From: an uncultured Candidatus Entotheonella sp.
GTDB taxonomy: Bacteria; Tectomicrobia; Entotheonellia; Entotheonellales; Entotheonellaceae
Length of the DNA: 64,000 nucleotides
Assembly (NCBI GenBank): GCA_965215335.1
Contig: CBDCDA010000001.1
Span: 896,001 to 960,000 of the forward strand
Reading direction: 5' to 3'
The number at the start of each line of letters is the position of its first letter. The stretch's first letter is position 1. The notes below the pieces were generated by a model. It saw only the letters and a program-made list of their open reading frames with translations, did not search any database and was not told where the DNA came from. Positions 8,088 through 17,734 of the stretch are shown here, piece after piece. The translations under genes were made by a program, and so were the position numbers.

Positions 8088-9285
8088 GCTTCAATGAGGC
8101 CGCGGCATTACGCCGCGGAGTACGTCGCCCCATAGGTACCCTGGACCATGCCAGGCACGCTTCAATGAGGCCGCGACATTACGCCGCGGAGTACGCAGCA
8201 AGAACATTCCTGGAAGCACCTGCGTCCCGCGCTTCAATGAGGCCGCGGCGTTACGCCGCGGAGTACGCATGAGGATGGGATGCCGGGACCGACGTGGGAG
8301 AGATGGCTTCAATGAGGCCGCGGCGTTACGCCGCGGAGTACGTGCCTGCCGGACGGCACAGCCCGTACACGGTACGCGGCTTCAATGAGGCCGCGGCGTT
8401 ACGCCGCGGAGTACTGTGCACATCCCCGCACCTGGTCGCCTGTAGTGGATCAGCTTCAATGAGGCCGCGGCGTTACGCCGCGGAGTACGCCAGGTCACAT
8501 ACGAGGTCGGGGCGGCATGGGGCGTGCTTCAATGAGGCCGCGGCGTTACGCCGCGGAGTACGGGGACTGGCCGCTTGCGAGCATGACACCAATATCATTG
8601 CTTCAATGAGGCCGCGGCGTTACGCCGCGGAGTACGATAGATAGGCAGGGACGCGTGCAGCCGTTCGTGCTGCTTCAATGAGGCCGCGGCGTTACGCCGC
8701 GGAGTACCGGGGATTGAAAATGGCAACGACGTTGAAGGAACAGTTGGCTTCAATGAGGCCGCGGCGTTACGCCGCGGAGTACCCCCTAACACCCCTAAAC
8801 ACCAAATTCCCTATAGGGTAGCTTCAATGAGGCCGCGGCGTTACGCCGCGGAGTACCCAGGCGCTGTGCCTCGGCTGTCGAGGCCGGCGCATTGCTTCAA
8901 TGAGGCCGCGGCGTTACGCCGCGGAGTACGACGACTGCGACGGCTGCGACGGCTCCGCCTTGCTCCAGCTTCAATGAGGCCGCGGCGTTACGCCGCGGAG
9001 TACCCGACGTAGACGACTGCGCCTTGTATAACCCCTCAGAAGCTTCAATGAGGCCGCGGCGTTACGCCGCGGAGTACCTGAGCTACGCCGACCTGAGCGC
9101 TTCAATGAGGCCGCGGCGTTACGCCGCGGAGTACCAAAATGCATCACAAGCTATGCGCGTCATTAAACGCGTATTAGCTTCAATGAGGCCGCGGCGTTAC
9201 GCCGCGGAGTACTGCCCTCTGGGAGGCGCTTTCCCGCTCGTCCAGAAAGGCTTCAATGAGGCCGCGGCGTTACGCCGCGGAGTAC
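8088..9285 (-). CRISPR. CRISPR array, 17 repeats of 36 bp and 16 spacers (35-42 bp, one of 21 bp)
   Basis: Plus-strand repeat GCTTCAATGAGGCCGCGGCGTTACGCCGCGGAGTAC at 8088, 8159, 8231, 8306, 8379, 8453, 8526, 8600, 8672, 8747, 8821, 8894, 8968, 9042, 9099, 9177, 9250. The minus strand ends ATTGAAGC and has the hairpin CCGCGGCG-TAA-CGCCGCGG. Variant repeats at the left end mark the trailer. Confidence 0.99.
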
Positions 9286-9526
9286 CGGCCCGCTCACAAG
9301 TCCTGGAGACGGCAGGGCCACTGTACACCAATGCGAGCGCTGCTTGCAAGCGGGTGTCAGACGGCCTGACCTCAAGCATGGAATGGCCTTTCAGGGTTCA
9401 GTAACACCCATGAAAACAATAACTTGACACGTTTCGAGAGCTGCCGCCCGTTTCTGTATCACTCGAGTGCTCGTTGCGCCACGGCGAGCAGGACGCCCTT
9501 TCAACGTCCGTTGCAACGTCCGTTGC
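9286..9526 (-). promoter_or_regulatory. CRISPR leader
   Basis: Non-coding stretch between cas2 and the consensus-repeat end of the array, with an AT-richer patch at 9405-9435. Confidence 0.7.
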
Positions 9527-9817
9527 TCAGACGATGATCGGCTCGCGTGCGACTGCCTCGAACCGTTTGCCCAGGCTTTCAACGCGCAGCGACAGCTTGT
9601 CCGCAGGACCCAGGTCGAGAATCACGACGTGGTCCTCGCCGTGGTGGATGACCGCGTCCAGCGCCGCGGCCATCTCCGCCCGTTGCCTGGACGTGAGGCG
9701 ACACTGAAACACGGAGAGTTGCAGCCACTCGCCATAACCCTCCATCGTTCGGAAAACACGGCGCCAGCGACGGCGGCTGGCAATATCGTAGGTGACGATA
9801 TACAGCCGTTCGTTCAT
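9527..9817 (-). CDS. cas2: CRISPR-associated endonuclease Cas2
   Basis: YIVTYDI...GYGEWLQLSVFQC, 96 aa, GGAGG SD. Confidence 0.96.
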   Translation of the reverse strand: MNERLYIVTYDIASRRRWRRVFRTMEGYGEWLQLSVFQCRLTSRQRAEMAAALDAVIHHGEDHVVILDLGPADKLSLRVESLGKRFEAVAREPIIV

Positions 9818-9918
9818 GGCCTCCCCCGGTATTCTCCATGGCCTTCCGGTCGTGCGAGACTGTGGTGATGCCGGACCGATGCGGCGCGAATCCAGCCTAT
9901 GGTGTGCCTCACATGCGT

Positions 9919-11658
9919 TCAGCGTGGCAGGTAGTGTGGATAATCCTTGATTTCGCCCATCAGAAAGCGGGCGAACAGGCGGCCCTGCACCTCGATCAGA
10001 CGCCGCATGGTGAGGCGGTAGCCGAAGACGGGATGCGTCGTTTCCTGGGCGAGCCGGCGCTCGAACGCGGCGATGAAGCGTTTGCGCCCAGCTGGCTTGA
10101 GCGCCGTGCCGGCGCCGCCGTGCAGGAAGTCATCCGGTCGCACCTCGCCGTTGTTGATCGCTTGCAGCACCGTCGAATCGGCAACGATCGGGCGAAACGG
10201 CTCCATCAGATCGAGGGCGAGCGCCGGACGGCCGTAACGGGGCCGGTGGTAGAAACCGAGGTACGGATCGAAACCGATGGCACTGAGGGTCACGGTAAAG
10301 GTGCGCGTCAACATGGCGTAGGCGAAGGAAAGGAGCGCGTTGACCGGATCGGTCGGCGGGCGCCGGTTGCGCCGCTCGAACCGGAAGATGGGCAGGGCCG
10401 GCGGCGCGTCGCCCGCGTTTTCAGCGTCAGGCACCTTGAGCAGAGCGCTGAAGGCGCGAAAGTAGACGGCAGCGGCTTCGCCCTCGAGTCCCAGCAGGGT
10501 GTTGCCATCGGGCGCGGCACGCGCCCGTTCGGCGCTGCGTCTCAGGGTACCGAGCACAGGCTGACGCGCATCCGCCTCGCCGCGCCAGTTGCGTCGTATC
10601 ATCGTGCGGGCGTTACGCACCTTGGCGGCAACCAGCGAGCGCGCGATGCTGAGCGAGGCGGCCGGGGCGAAGCTGGCGCGGTATTGCGCCTCGCGCAACT
10701 CGACGTTCTTGTGGCCCACACCTGCCGTGTGGCCGAGAAACCAGCCGCCGTAGCTGTGCCAACTGACGGGGATTTCACGCCGCATCAACTCGTGCAGACA
10801 CGGCGTCGTCATCCTGATATTGCCCATCAGCACCACTTGGGAGACGTGGAGGAGGCGCGCCGTCGTGACAGGGCCGTCTTCTTCGGTGATGGTGATGGTC
10901 TCGCCTTTCTTGGCGAGGCGCGCGTTGTTGGACTGCACGTAGAGCGGCAGCGCCTCGTCGTGGCGCACGGAGATCGGGCGGGGGGTAACGCCGGTGCGAT
11001 GGAAGTAGTTGACTTCGTCGGGCAGGCAGATGCTGACGAGCGAGCAGCGTGGACATTTGGGGCTGTCCTGTAGCGGCGGGGGAATGCGGCCACTGGCGGC
11101 GACCATACGCAGGCCGCCGACCGAACGCCGCGTGGCTGCCCGCAGGTCGTCGTCGAAGACCACCCGGACCCGCTCGCGGCTCTCGGCAAAGTACAGCGCC
11201 CCCTCGACGCAGCGGTAGCCGTTCTCTTCCAGCAGCAACCCCTGGACGCACAACTGCACGCGCTCCGGCTCGTAGGCGCCGGCGGGCACGTGCGGCCGTT
11301 TGCCGCGCTTGTAGTCAACGGGCACGACGGTGTCGCCGTCGCTCTCCACCAGATCGATCCTGGCAATCAAGCCGAGACGGGACGACGACAGCGCGACCGA
11401 ACGGGTGCGCGGCTGCCCGGCCTCGTGGAGTTCCTCGGCCGGCGGCAACGGACGGTCCTCGCGGTCGACCCGGCGGTGCGCATAGGCGCCGGCGACGGTG
11501 TCGGCGCTCTCCTTCCATTCGCCCTGCACCCATTCGAGATAGGCGAGACGCGGACAGTAGACGTATTCGTTCACCATGCGCGCCGGCAGCAGCGGCGCGC
11601 CCTCCGGCAGGGGCGGCGCTTCCAGCGGCAGTTCGCCTTGTTGGGAGCTTTCCGGCAT
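9919..11658 (-). CDS. cas1: Cas4-Cas1 fusion
   Basis: Cas4 part: YVYCPR, RIDLVE, VDYKRG, KCPRCSLVSICLP. Cas1 part: LLGLEGEAAAVYF, RRPPTDPVNALLSFAY, ALDLMEPFRP. Start taken at MPESSQ (11658). Confidence 0.95.
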   Translation of the reverse strand: MPESSQQGELPLEAPPLPEGAPLLPARMVNEYVYCPRLAYLEWVQGEWKESADTVAGAYAHRRVDREDRPLPPAEELHEAGQPRTRSVALSSSRLGLIARIDLVESDGDTVVPVDYKRGKRPHVPAGAYEPERVQLCVQGLLLEENGYRCVEGALYFAESRERVRVVFDDDLRAATRRSVGGLRMVAASGRIPPPLQDSPKCPRCSLVSICLPDEVNYFHRTGVTPRPISVRHDEALPLYVQSNNARLAKKGETITITEEDGPVTTARLLHVSQVVLMGNIRMTTPCLHELMRREIPVSWHSYGGWFLGHTAGVGHKNVELREAQYRASFAPAASLSIARSLVAAKVRNARTMIRRNWRGEADARQPVLGTLRRSAERARAAPDGNTLLGLEGEAAAVYFRAFSALLKVPDAENAGDAPPALPIFRFERRNRRPPTDPVNALLSFAYAMLTRTFTVTLSAIGFDPYLGFYHRPRYGRPALALDLMEPFRPIVADSTVLQAINNGEVRPDDFLHGGAGTALKPAGRKRFIAAFERRLAQETTHPVFGYRLTMRRLIEVQGRLFARFLMGEIKDYPHYLPR

Positions 11659-11807
11659 TCGCTTGTTCCATGCGCCCGGTAGGGGTGGGAAGAGAACAGG
11701 AATGGATAGTACCACACCCCGGCTGGAAACCTGTGCTACCATGAGTTATCCAGTGCCGCGTACAAGACACGTTGCCGGGCGATACGGCGCATCGGGAGGA
11801 CGTGGAG

Positions 11808-13589
11808 ATGAAGGGCAAGCACGACACGACGCCGCGCAGCGAGCGGCAGCATCTGCTGCTGACGGTGCTCGGCACGAATCCGAGACCGGCCTGTTACGAG
11901 CTCGCAGGCCAACAGGTCGAGGCCGGCCTGGCGCCTGTCGCTTTGCTTGATCTGTTACCGGAGACGGAGAAGCCGAAGCGTGTCGTGGCGCTGTGCACGC
12001 CCGAGGCAAGACAGGATAGCTGGCCGGTCCTTCTGGAGACGCTGCGCGGCAGATGCGCAGCGGAACCGGAACCGGTGGACGTCCCTGCCGGGAATACGCA
12101 AGTGGACGTCAATACCTGCCTCGCAACGATAGCCGAGGCCGTCGGCGGCCGGGAAAACGTCGATCTGACCGTGGATGTCACACACGGCTTCCGGCACTTT
12201 TCCTTCCTCACTTACATTGCCGTTCTTTACCTGTCCGCCCTGCGCGGCGTGCGGGTACACGGCGCCTATTACGGCATGCTGAATGCCCGCGGGGTGAGTC
12301 CGTTCCTCGACCTGCGCCCGCTCCTGGAGTTACCGCGCTGGATACACGCCTTGCAAGTGCTGGACACCACGGGGAGCGCCTTGCCCATTGCCGGGATTCT
12401 TGACGGGGACGCGCAGGAACAGTCGCCGCGGACAATCGCGAACGATCTATCCCGGTTTTCGGAAGCCTACCTGTCCGGTCTTCCCCTTGAACTCGGCCGG
12501 CAGGCAGCCACTGTCACGCAACAGCGGATCAGGCCGTTACAAAGGCGGCTCCGTGACGCTCATCACCTGCCCCTTGCCAGCGAACTGACCAACCGGATAG
12601 CGTCGTTCCTCAAGCCGTTGGCCTTGGGCGACGGGGTTGCAAGGGATGCATGGAAGCGACAGGTTGCGCTATCGCCGGACGAATTGAAGCGTCAGGCCGA
12701 GGTGATCGACGGTCTTCTGCGTCATGGAAGCATTGCGGCCGCGCTGGGCCTCATGAACGAATGGGTCGTATCCTGGGTGGCGTGGCTGCGTAAACCCGGG
12801 TGCGATTGGCTCGACTACGACAACGTTCGCCGCCGGGCGGCAGGTCTTCTGAATGCAATGCGGGCCGTAGGCAAAGACGCTGAGCTCCGATGCGTCCTGA
12901 CGCCTGAGCAGTGTTCGCTCGGTGCGTTCTGGGGCCGACTCAGCGAGCTTCGCAACGGATACCATCACCACGGCATGCGCCCACAGGTTCTCATCGGTGA
13001 CAGGCAGGCCGACGGGCAACTTCAGGAGGTGCGGAGCTACTGGAAACAAACACTCCGCTCGTGCCCGGAGGACTTTCCGCTATCGCTCGGCGATTCACCC
13101 GGCGGCCGGGTGCTGGTCAGCCCCATCGGCCTGCGTCCCGGCGTGCTCTACAGCGCCTTGCACGCCTGCCGGACGGGCGACGCCGACGGCGAGCCGATGC
13201 GTTGCCTCGTCATTTGTTCACCGGAGACGCAAGGGAAGATCGACGACGTGGTCAAGCGAGCCGGATACCAGGGCACCGTCGAGCCGCTCGTGTTGCAGGA
13301 TGCTTTCGGGGGCGGGCGTACGGAAATCGACGCGCTTGTGAAAGCGGCGCGGCAACATCTCATCGGCGCCGCGGCGGTTCTCGTGAACGTCACCGGTGGC
13401 ACGACGCTCATGGGCCTTGCCGCCGAAGCCCTTGCCAGCGCCGGGCGCAGGCTGGCTTGCCCGGTCCGCCGGTTCGGTTTGATTGACCGCCGGCCGACGC
13501 CGGAACAGGATGCCGACCCGTACCAGATAGGCGAGCCGTTCTGGCTCGACAGCGGGGAGGATGAGGATGAGGATGCTGACCGAGATTGA
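11808..13589 (+). CDS. csx1: Csx1-like (DxTHG CARF + HEPN) ribonuclease with extra C-terminal CARF-like domain
   Basis: LLLTVLG, VDVTHGFRH (DxTHG), HEPN motif RNGYHH; C-terminal RVLVSPIGLRPGVLYSAL...VLVNVTGGT. Start taken at ATG 11808 after GGAGGA. Confidence 0.85.
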   Translation: MKGKHDTTPRSERQHLLLTVLGTNPRPACYELAGQQVEAGLAPVALLDLLPETEKPKRVVALCTPEARQDSWPVLLETLRGRCAAEPEPVDVPAGNTQVDVNTCLATIAEAVGGRENVDLTVDVTHGFRHFSFLTYIAVLYLSALRGVRVHGAYYGMLNARGVSPFLDLRPLLELPRWIHALQVLDTTGSALPIAGILDGDAQEQSPRTIANDLSRFSEAYLSGLPLELGRQAATVTQQRIRPLQRRLRDAHHLPLASELTNRIASFLKPLALGDGVARDAWKRQVALSPDELKRQAEVIDGLLRHGSIAAALGLMNEWVVSWVAWLRKPGCDWLDYDNVRRRAAGLLNAMRAVGKDAELRCVLTPEQCSLGAFWGRLSELRNGYHHHGMRPQVLIGDRQADGQLQEVRSYWKQTLRSCPEDFPLSLGDSPGGRVLVSPIGLRPGVLYSALHACRTGDADGEPMRCLVICSPETQGKIDDVVKRAGYQGTVEPLVLQDAFGGGRTEIDALVKAARQHLIGAAAVLVNVTGGTTLMGLAAEALASAGRRLACPVRRFGLIDRRPTPEQDADPYQIGEPFWLDSGEDEDEDADRD

Positions 13590-14652
13590 GGCGACCTATC
13601 GCGTGGTGACGCCGATGTTTTGCGCGGGCGCCTACCAGCAACGCGCCGAGCTTCGTCTGCCGAGCTTCAAGGGCGTGCTGCGTTTCTGGTGGCGCGCCCT
13701 GGCGTGGTCGCGGCACGCCGGGAATCTCAAAGCCATCAAGTCGGAAGAGGACGTGCTTTTCGGCAGTTCCCAGGGTGGCCGGTCGCGGGTCGCCATGCGC
13801 CTGCCCTCCACTTTCGTTGCGCCAAAAACCATCCGCAGCGGCGTCGTGCTCGGAATTTCGCCAACCAGCGATCGAGTCGTCGGAGAAGGATGCCGCTATC
13901 TGGGCTACGGCGTCATGAATGCTGCGGGCCAACTCACTCGCCCGTGTCTTGCTGCGCCGTTCGATTTCACCGTTCAGATGCGGGGACGGAACCTGGAAAC
14001 GGCGCAGGTCAGTTCACTCCGAGACGCTCTGGTCGCGCTCGGAACTCTGGGCGGCATGGGTTCGAAGAGTCGCAAGGGATACGGTTCCTTATCCCTCCGC
14101 CGTCTGGTCGTGGATGGAGAGGAGACATGGCATGCCCCGCAGTCATTGCCCGATGTAAAAGCGGTTATCGCGGATCTTCCGCATGGCAATGGCATCTCCG
14201 CGCTTCCTGATTACACCGCCTTGTCCAAAGGTGCTCGCCATGTGCTGCTCTCGAGCGGCAAAACCGACGCCACGAAACTGCTTGACCTCGTCGGCCGCGA
14301 GATGATCCGCTTCCGGCAGAAACACCCGCGCCGCATCGCCTTCGGGCTGCCCCACAACTACGGGAATCAGCCGGGGCAGCAGGTTGGCCCATACGAAAAG
14401 GGCCTGGACCGACGGGCAAGTCCGCTGTTCATCCACATCCATGAGTGCGGCGCTACACCCGTGGCGGTCCTGTCGTTCCTTCCCGCCCGGTTCTTGCCCG
14501 GGGACAGACCGAACGTCAGCGTGGGCAAACAGAAAATACTCCAGACGCCGGAGGACGAGCTGTATGCTCCCATCCACGACTTTCTCGACCGGCTTCTTGA
14601 CAGGAACAGGCGCCGAGAGCCGTTTACGGAGGCTGTGGAGGTAACGCGGTGA
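13573..14652 (+). CDS. cmr1: Type III-B RAMP Cmr1
   Basis: VVTPMFCAGA, ELRLPSFKGVLRFWWRA, LFGS, GGMGSKSRKGYG, RRASPL. Confidence 0.92.
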   Translation: MLTEIEATYRVVTPMFCAGAYQQRAELRLPSFKGVLRFWWRALAWSRHAGNLKAIKSEEDVLFGSSQGGRSRVAMRLPSTFVAPKTIRSGVVLGISPTSDRVVGEGCRYLGYGVMNAAGQLTRPCLAAPFDFTVQMRGRNLETAQVSSLRDALVALGTLGGMGSKSRKGYGSLSLRRLVVDGEETWHAPQSLPDVKAVIADLPHGNGISALPDYTALSKGARHVLLSSGKTDATKLLDLVGREMIRFRQKHPRRIAFGLPHNYGNQPGQQVGPYEKGLDRRASPLFIHIHECGATPVAVLSFLPARFLPGDRPNVSVGKQKILQTPEDELYAPIHDFLDRLLDRNRRREPFTEAVEVTR

Positions 14653-16613
14653 CGATGCGCCTCGACATCACCATCGGCCCGGTGCAGGGGTTCGTTGCCC
14701 AATCGCGGCGCACCCGCGACCTGTGGGGCAGCTCGTACCTGCTGGCGTTTCTCGCCGCGCATGCGATGCGCGGCGCCTATGCGGCCGGCGGCGCCATCGT
14801 CCAGCCGGTGGTTGACGGCGACCCGCTCTACCGCTGGGTCTGCGGCCATCGTGATGGCGTAGCGCCACGGGTCGGCTCGCTGCCCAACCACTTTGTCGTC
14901 GACGTCGACAGCGATCCGTCGGCGGTGGCCAGTGCCGCCATCGAGGCGTTCAAGGATGCCTGGCGGCGGGTGTGCGATGCCGTATGGCGGCGGTTCGTGG
15001 AACACGCCAGCGTCATCGGGAACGGCACGGCGCAAATCTGGGACCGGCAGGTCGATACGTTCTGGGAGATGACCTGGACGGCCGGAGAGGCGGACGCGGG
15101 CGGTGGATGGCTCGCGCGGCGAAAACACTGGCGCAGCCACTGTCCACCCGACGAACCCGGCGACAAATGCGCGGTGATGCACGACCTGCAGGAATTGTCC
15201 GGTCATGTCCGTTCGGAAAGCGGCGCCGGCCGCCGCGAGCAGGATCGCTTCTGGTGTCGTGTGCGCGCAAGCCGGGGGATGGGGCCTCTGGACCTGCGCG
15301 ACCACGAACGCCTGTGCGCCATCGCGCTGGTGAAACGGTTGTTTCCGAAGGTTGCCCGCGAAGCGCTGGGCTGGCACGTCGAGACGTCCCATTGGCCTTC
15401 GACGGCCTACGTCGGCGCGGTGCCGTGGATTGCCCGGGCCGCCGGCGCGGCGCCGCGGCAGGCGCGGGCCTACGCGGACGCCGTCGGACGGAACGCAACC
15501 GGCGTCTTTCACGAGCAGCAACCGGAGTTCGAGTTCGATGGCGTGGACGTATCCGTGGCGGGCGCCTTCGCGAAGCTCGATGCCAACTATTTTCACCGCG
15601 AGTTCGTGGCGAGCGCTCGTCGATGCCCCTTGAATGAGAACGTCGCCGACGATGCGAGAAAGCAACTCGGCTGCAAACTGAAGGCCATTTACGACGCAAA
15701 GGACGCCGCGGGCCGGCAGCTCGGCGCACCTTCTTCGTTCTATGCCCTGCTCCTGGCAGACGGCGACCATCTGGGCAGGCTGGTGAGCAAGTCAGGCGGC
15801 CAGGTCGTCAGCAAAGCCCTGGCTGACTTTACCCGCGAGGTCCCGAACGTCGTGCGTCGGCACGACGGCGTTACCATCTATGCAGGCGGCGACGACGTAC
15901 TGGCGATGCTCCCCGTCTCGAAGGCGTTGCCATGCGCGGAAAAGCTGGCGGCGTGCTACCGGACGGCGTTCCCGGACGGAAACGGGGCGACGCTCTCGGC
16001 GGCGGTGACGTTCGCGCACGTGCGCCTGCCGCTGGCAGGCGTCATCGCCGAGGCGCACCGGTTGCTTGACGACGTCGCCAAGGACGGCAACGGGCGGGAC
16101 TCGCTGGCCGCGGCCGTGCTGAAGCCGAGCGGCTTGTACTGCGAATGGACGACCACGTGGCGTCGTCGCTTGCCGGGTGGCGAATCGACACCGACCTTGA
16201 CGTCACTCAATGGCCTGGTCGACCAGATCAGACGCAACACGACGGAGCCGGGGCTCTCGTCGGCGCTCATCTATCGCATCCGGGAGACGCTTGCCCTGCT
16301 CTGCGGCTGGAGTCGATGGCGACCCGGCGAATGGCGCGCGCTGCCCGTGGAACTCGACGTTCGCGCTTTCCTGCACGCCGAGGTCCTTCAAAGCCTGTCC
16401 GTTCGGACGGATGAAGGCGCGGAGGAAAGCGCCGGCGAATTGACCGACTCGATCTGGCCCCTCCTGGGGCCTGCACGCGCGCCCGCCGAGAACAGCCGCC
16501 CCGCGGGCGACGGCACGGCGGCGGACGATACCGGCGCTTGCGCCGCCGAGGCGGGCGTCGACGCGCTCCTGCTGGCGCGCTTCCTCGCCGACCCTGACGA
16601 GGATGCCCGGTGA
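14649..16613 (+). CDS. cas10: Cas10/Cmr2, no HD domain, intact cyclase palm
   Basis: Begins at IGPVQGFVAQSRRTRDLWGSSYLL; ALLLADGDHLG and YAGGDD palm motifs. Confidence 0.95.
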   Translation: MTMRLDITIGPVQGFVAQSRRTRDLWGSSYLLAFLAAHAMRGAYAAGGAIVQPVVDGDPLYRWVCGHRDGVAPRVGSLPNHFVVDVDSDPSAVASAAIEAFKDAWRRVCDAVWRRFVEHASVIGNGTAQIWDRQVDTFWEMTWTAGEADAGGGWLARRKHWRSHCPPDEPGDKCAVMHDLQELSGHVRSESGAGRREQDRFWCRVRASRGMGPLDLRDHERLCAIALVKRLFPKVAREALGWHVETSHWPSTAYVGAVPWIARAAGAAPRQARAYADAVGRNATGVFHEQQPEFEFDGVDVSVAGAFAKLDANYFHREFVASARRCPLNENVADDARKQLGCKLKAIYDAKDAAGRQLGAPSSFYALLLADGDHLGRLVSKSGGQVVSKALADFTREVPNVVRRHDGVTIYAGGDDVLAMLPVSKALPCAEKLAACYRTAFPDGNGATLSAAVTFAHVRLPLAGVIAEAHRLLDDVAKDGNGRDSLAAAVLKPSGLYCEWTTTWRRRLPGGESTPTLTSLNGLVDQIRRNTTEPGLSSALIYRIRETLALLCGWSRWRPGEWRALPVELDVRAFLHAEVLQSLSVRTDEGAEESAGELTDSIWPLLGPARAPAENSRPAGDGTAADDTGACAAEAGVDALLLARFLADPDEDAR

Positions 16614-17734
16614 TGACGACGGGCATGCAGTTCCATCCGATAGATACCTGGTTCTTTCGCGACGGCACGCCGTTTACCGCCGAGGCGTCCGCCCAGGAGG
16701 GCGTCGCAAGTCTGTTTCCGCCAGGTCCGCTCACCAGTGTTGGCGCCCTGCGGGCGGCTCTGGCTTCCTCCAAGGGATGGGACGGCCGGGACGGCTGGTC
16801 ACGGGAGATGTGCGCCGTCCTTGGCGACGGACCGGACGACCTCGGGGTGCTTGCCGTGAACGGACCGTTCCTTTTGCGCGATGGGCAGCCGTTGTTCCGT
16901 CTCCCCCGACACGTGCTGGGATCGAGAAGCAGCGACGGACGGCTCTGGCAGGCGCGGGCGTTCCTCCGGCCAGGCCGTCCGGTGACGTGCGACCTCGGCG
17001 CCGCCGTTCGCCTGCCGGCGGGCGCGGACGCCGATCTCGAGCCCGGTCAGGGTGTCTGGCTCACGCAAGCGGGCCTGGAGGCCGTCTTGCGCGGCGACTT
17101 GCCGGCTACAAAAAGCGATGTGGTGTCGAGCAATTGCCTATGGTCGCCCGAACCGAGAATCGGCCTGCAACGCGATGCCGGGACGCGGACGGCATCAAAG
17201 GGCATGCTGTTCAGCACGACACATGTGCGGCTGTGTCATCGGGTCTCGCTCGGCATGCAGGTCAGCGGCCTGCCGTCGGATTGGCCGATGCCGTTCGGCC
17301 GCCTGGCGCCGCTCGGCGGCGAAGGTCGCCTGGCGATGTGTGCGGAATGGCGGTCTGAGTGGCAACCCGGCCTGTCCCAGACGCCGACAAGGGACACCGG
17401 GACGTTCGCCGTCGTCGCGCTGTCGCCCGTTGATCTGGAAGAAGACGTTTGCCTGGGCCGGCGGCCGCTGGACGACCTGGGCGCCAGGGTGGTGTCGGCG
17501 TGTCTGGACCGTCGCCAACGCATCGGCGGCTGGAACTCCCTTGCCAGGCGCCCGTTGCCGCTGCGCTCGGTCCTGCCGCCGGGGAGTGTCTTGTTCTGCG
17601 AAACCGTTGAACCGGAGCGTCTGAGAAATGCCACCGAGGCGCACGACGGGTTGACGAAAATCGGCAGGCGACAGGAATGGGGCTTTGGCCTCGTCGCCCT
17701 CGGCGCCTGGCCTGACCAGCAGGAGGTGACGTGA
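16610..17734 (+). CDS. cmr3: Type III-B Cmr3
   Basis: PIDTWFFRDGTPF, EPRIGL, LGGEGR, IGGWN, PPGSV, GFG terminal loop. Confidence 0.92.
   Translation: MMTTGMQFHPIDTWFFRDGTPFTAEASAQEGVASLFPPGPLTSVGALRAALASSKGWDGRDGWSREMCAVLGDGPDDLGVLAVNGPFLLRDGQPLFRLPRHVLGSRSSDGRLWQARAFLRPGRPVTCDLGAAVRLPAGADADLEPGQGVWLTQAGLEAVLRGDLPATKSDVVSSNCLWSPEPRIGLQRDAGTRTASKGMLFSTTHVRLCHRVSLGMQVSGLPSDWPMPFGRLAPLGGEGRLAMCAEWRSEWQPGLSQTPTRDTGTFAVVALSPVDLEEDVCLGRRPLDDLGARVVSACLDRRQRIGGWNSLARRPLPLRSVLPPGSVLFCETVEPERLRNATEAHDGLTKIGRRQEWGFGLVALGAWPDQQEVT

Noticed and set aside
4513..8097. 1194-aa plus-strand ORF
   Set aside because: Antisense shadow of cas3 in high-GC DNA, with no recognisable motifs.
8124..9249. Self-targeting spacers or a cas-promoter-repressing guide
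   Set aside because: No convincing match to the window was seen by eye (only GTCGCCC shared between spacer 1 and ~7918). A computational search is needed to exclude it fully.
7982..9404. ORFs with repeated ASMRPRRYAAEY / FNEAAALRRGV peptides
   Set aside because: These are translations of the CRISPR repeats.
9919..11658. RT-Cas1 for RNA spacer acquisition serving type III
   Set aside because: The N-terminal domain is Cas4 (four Cys, RecB-like motifs); there is no YADD motif.
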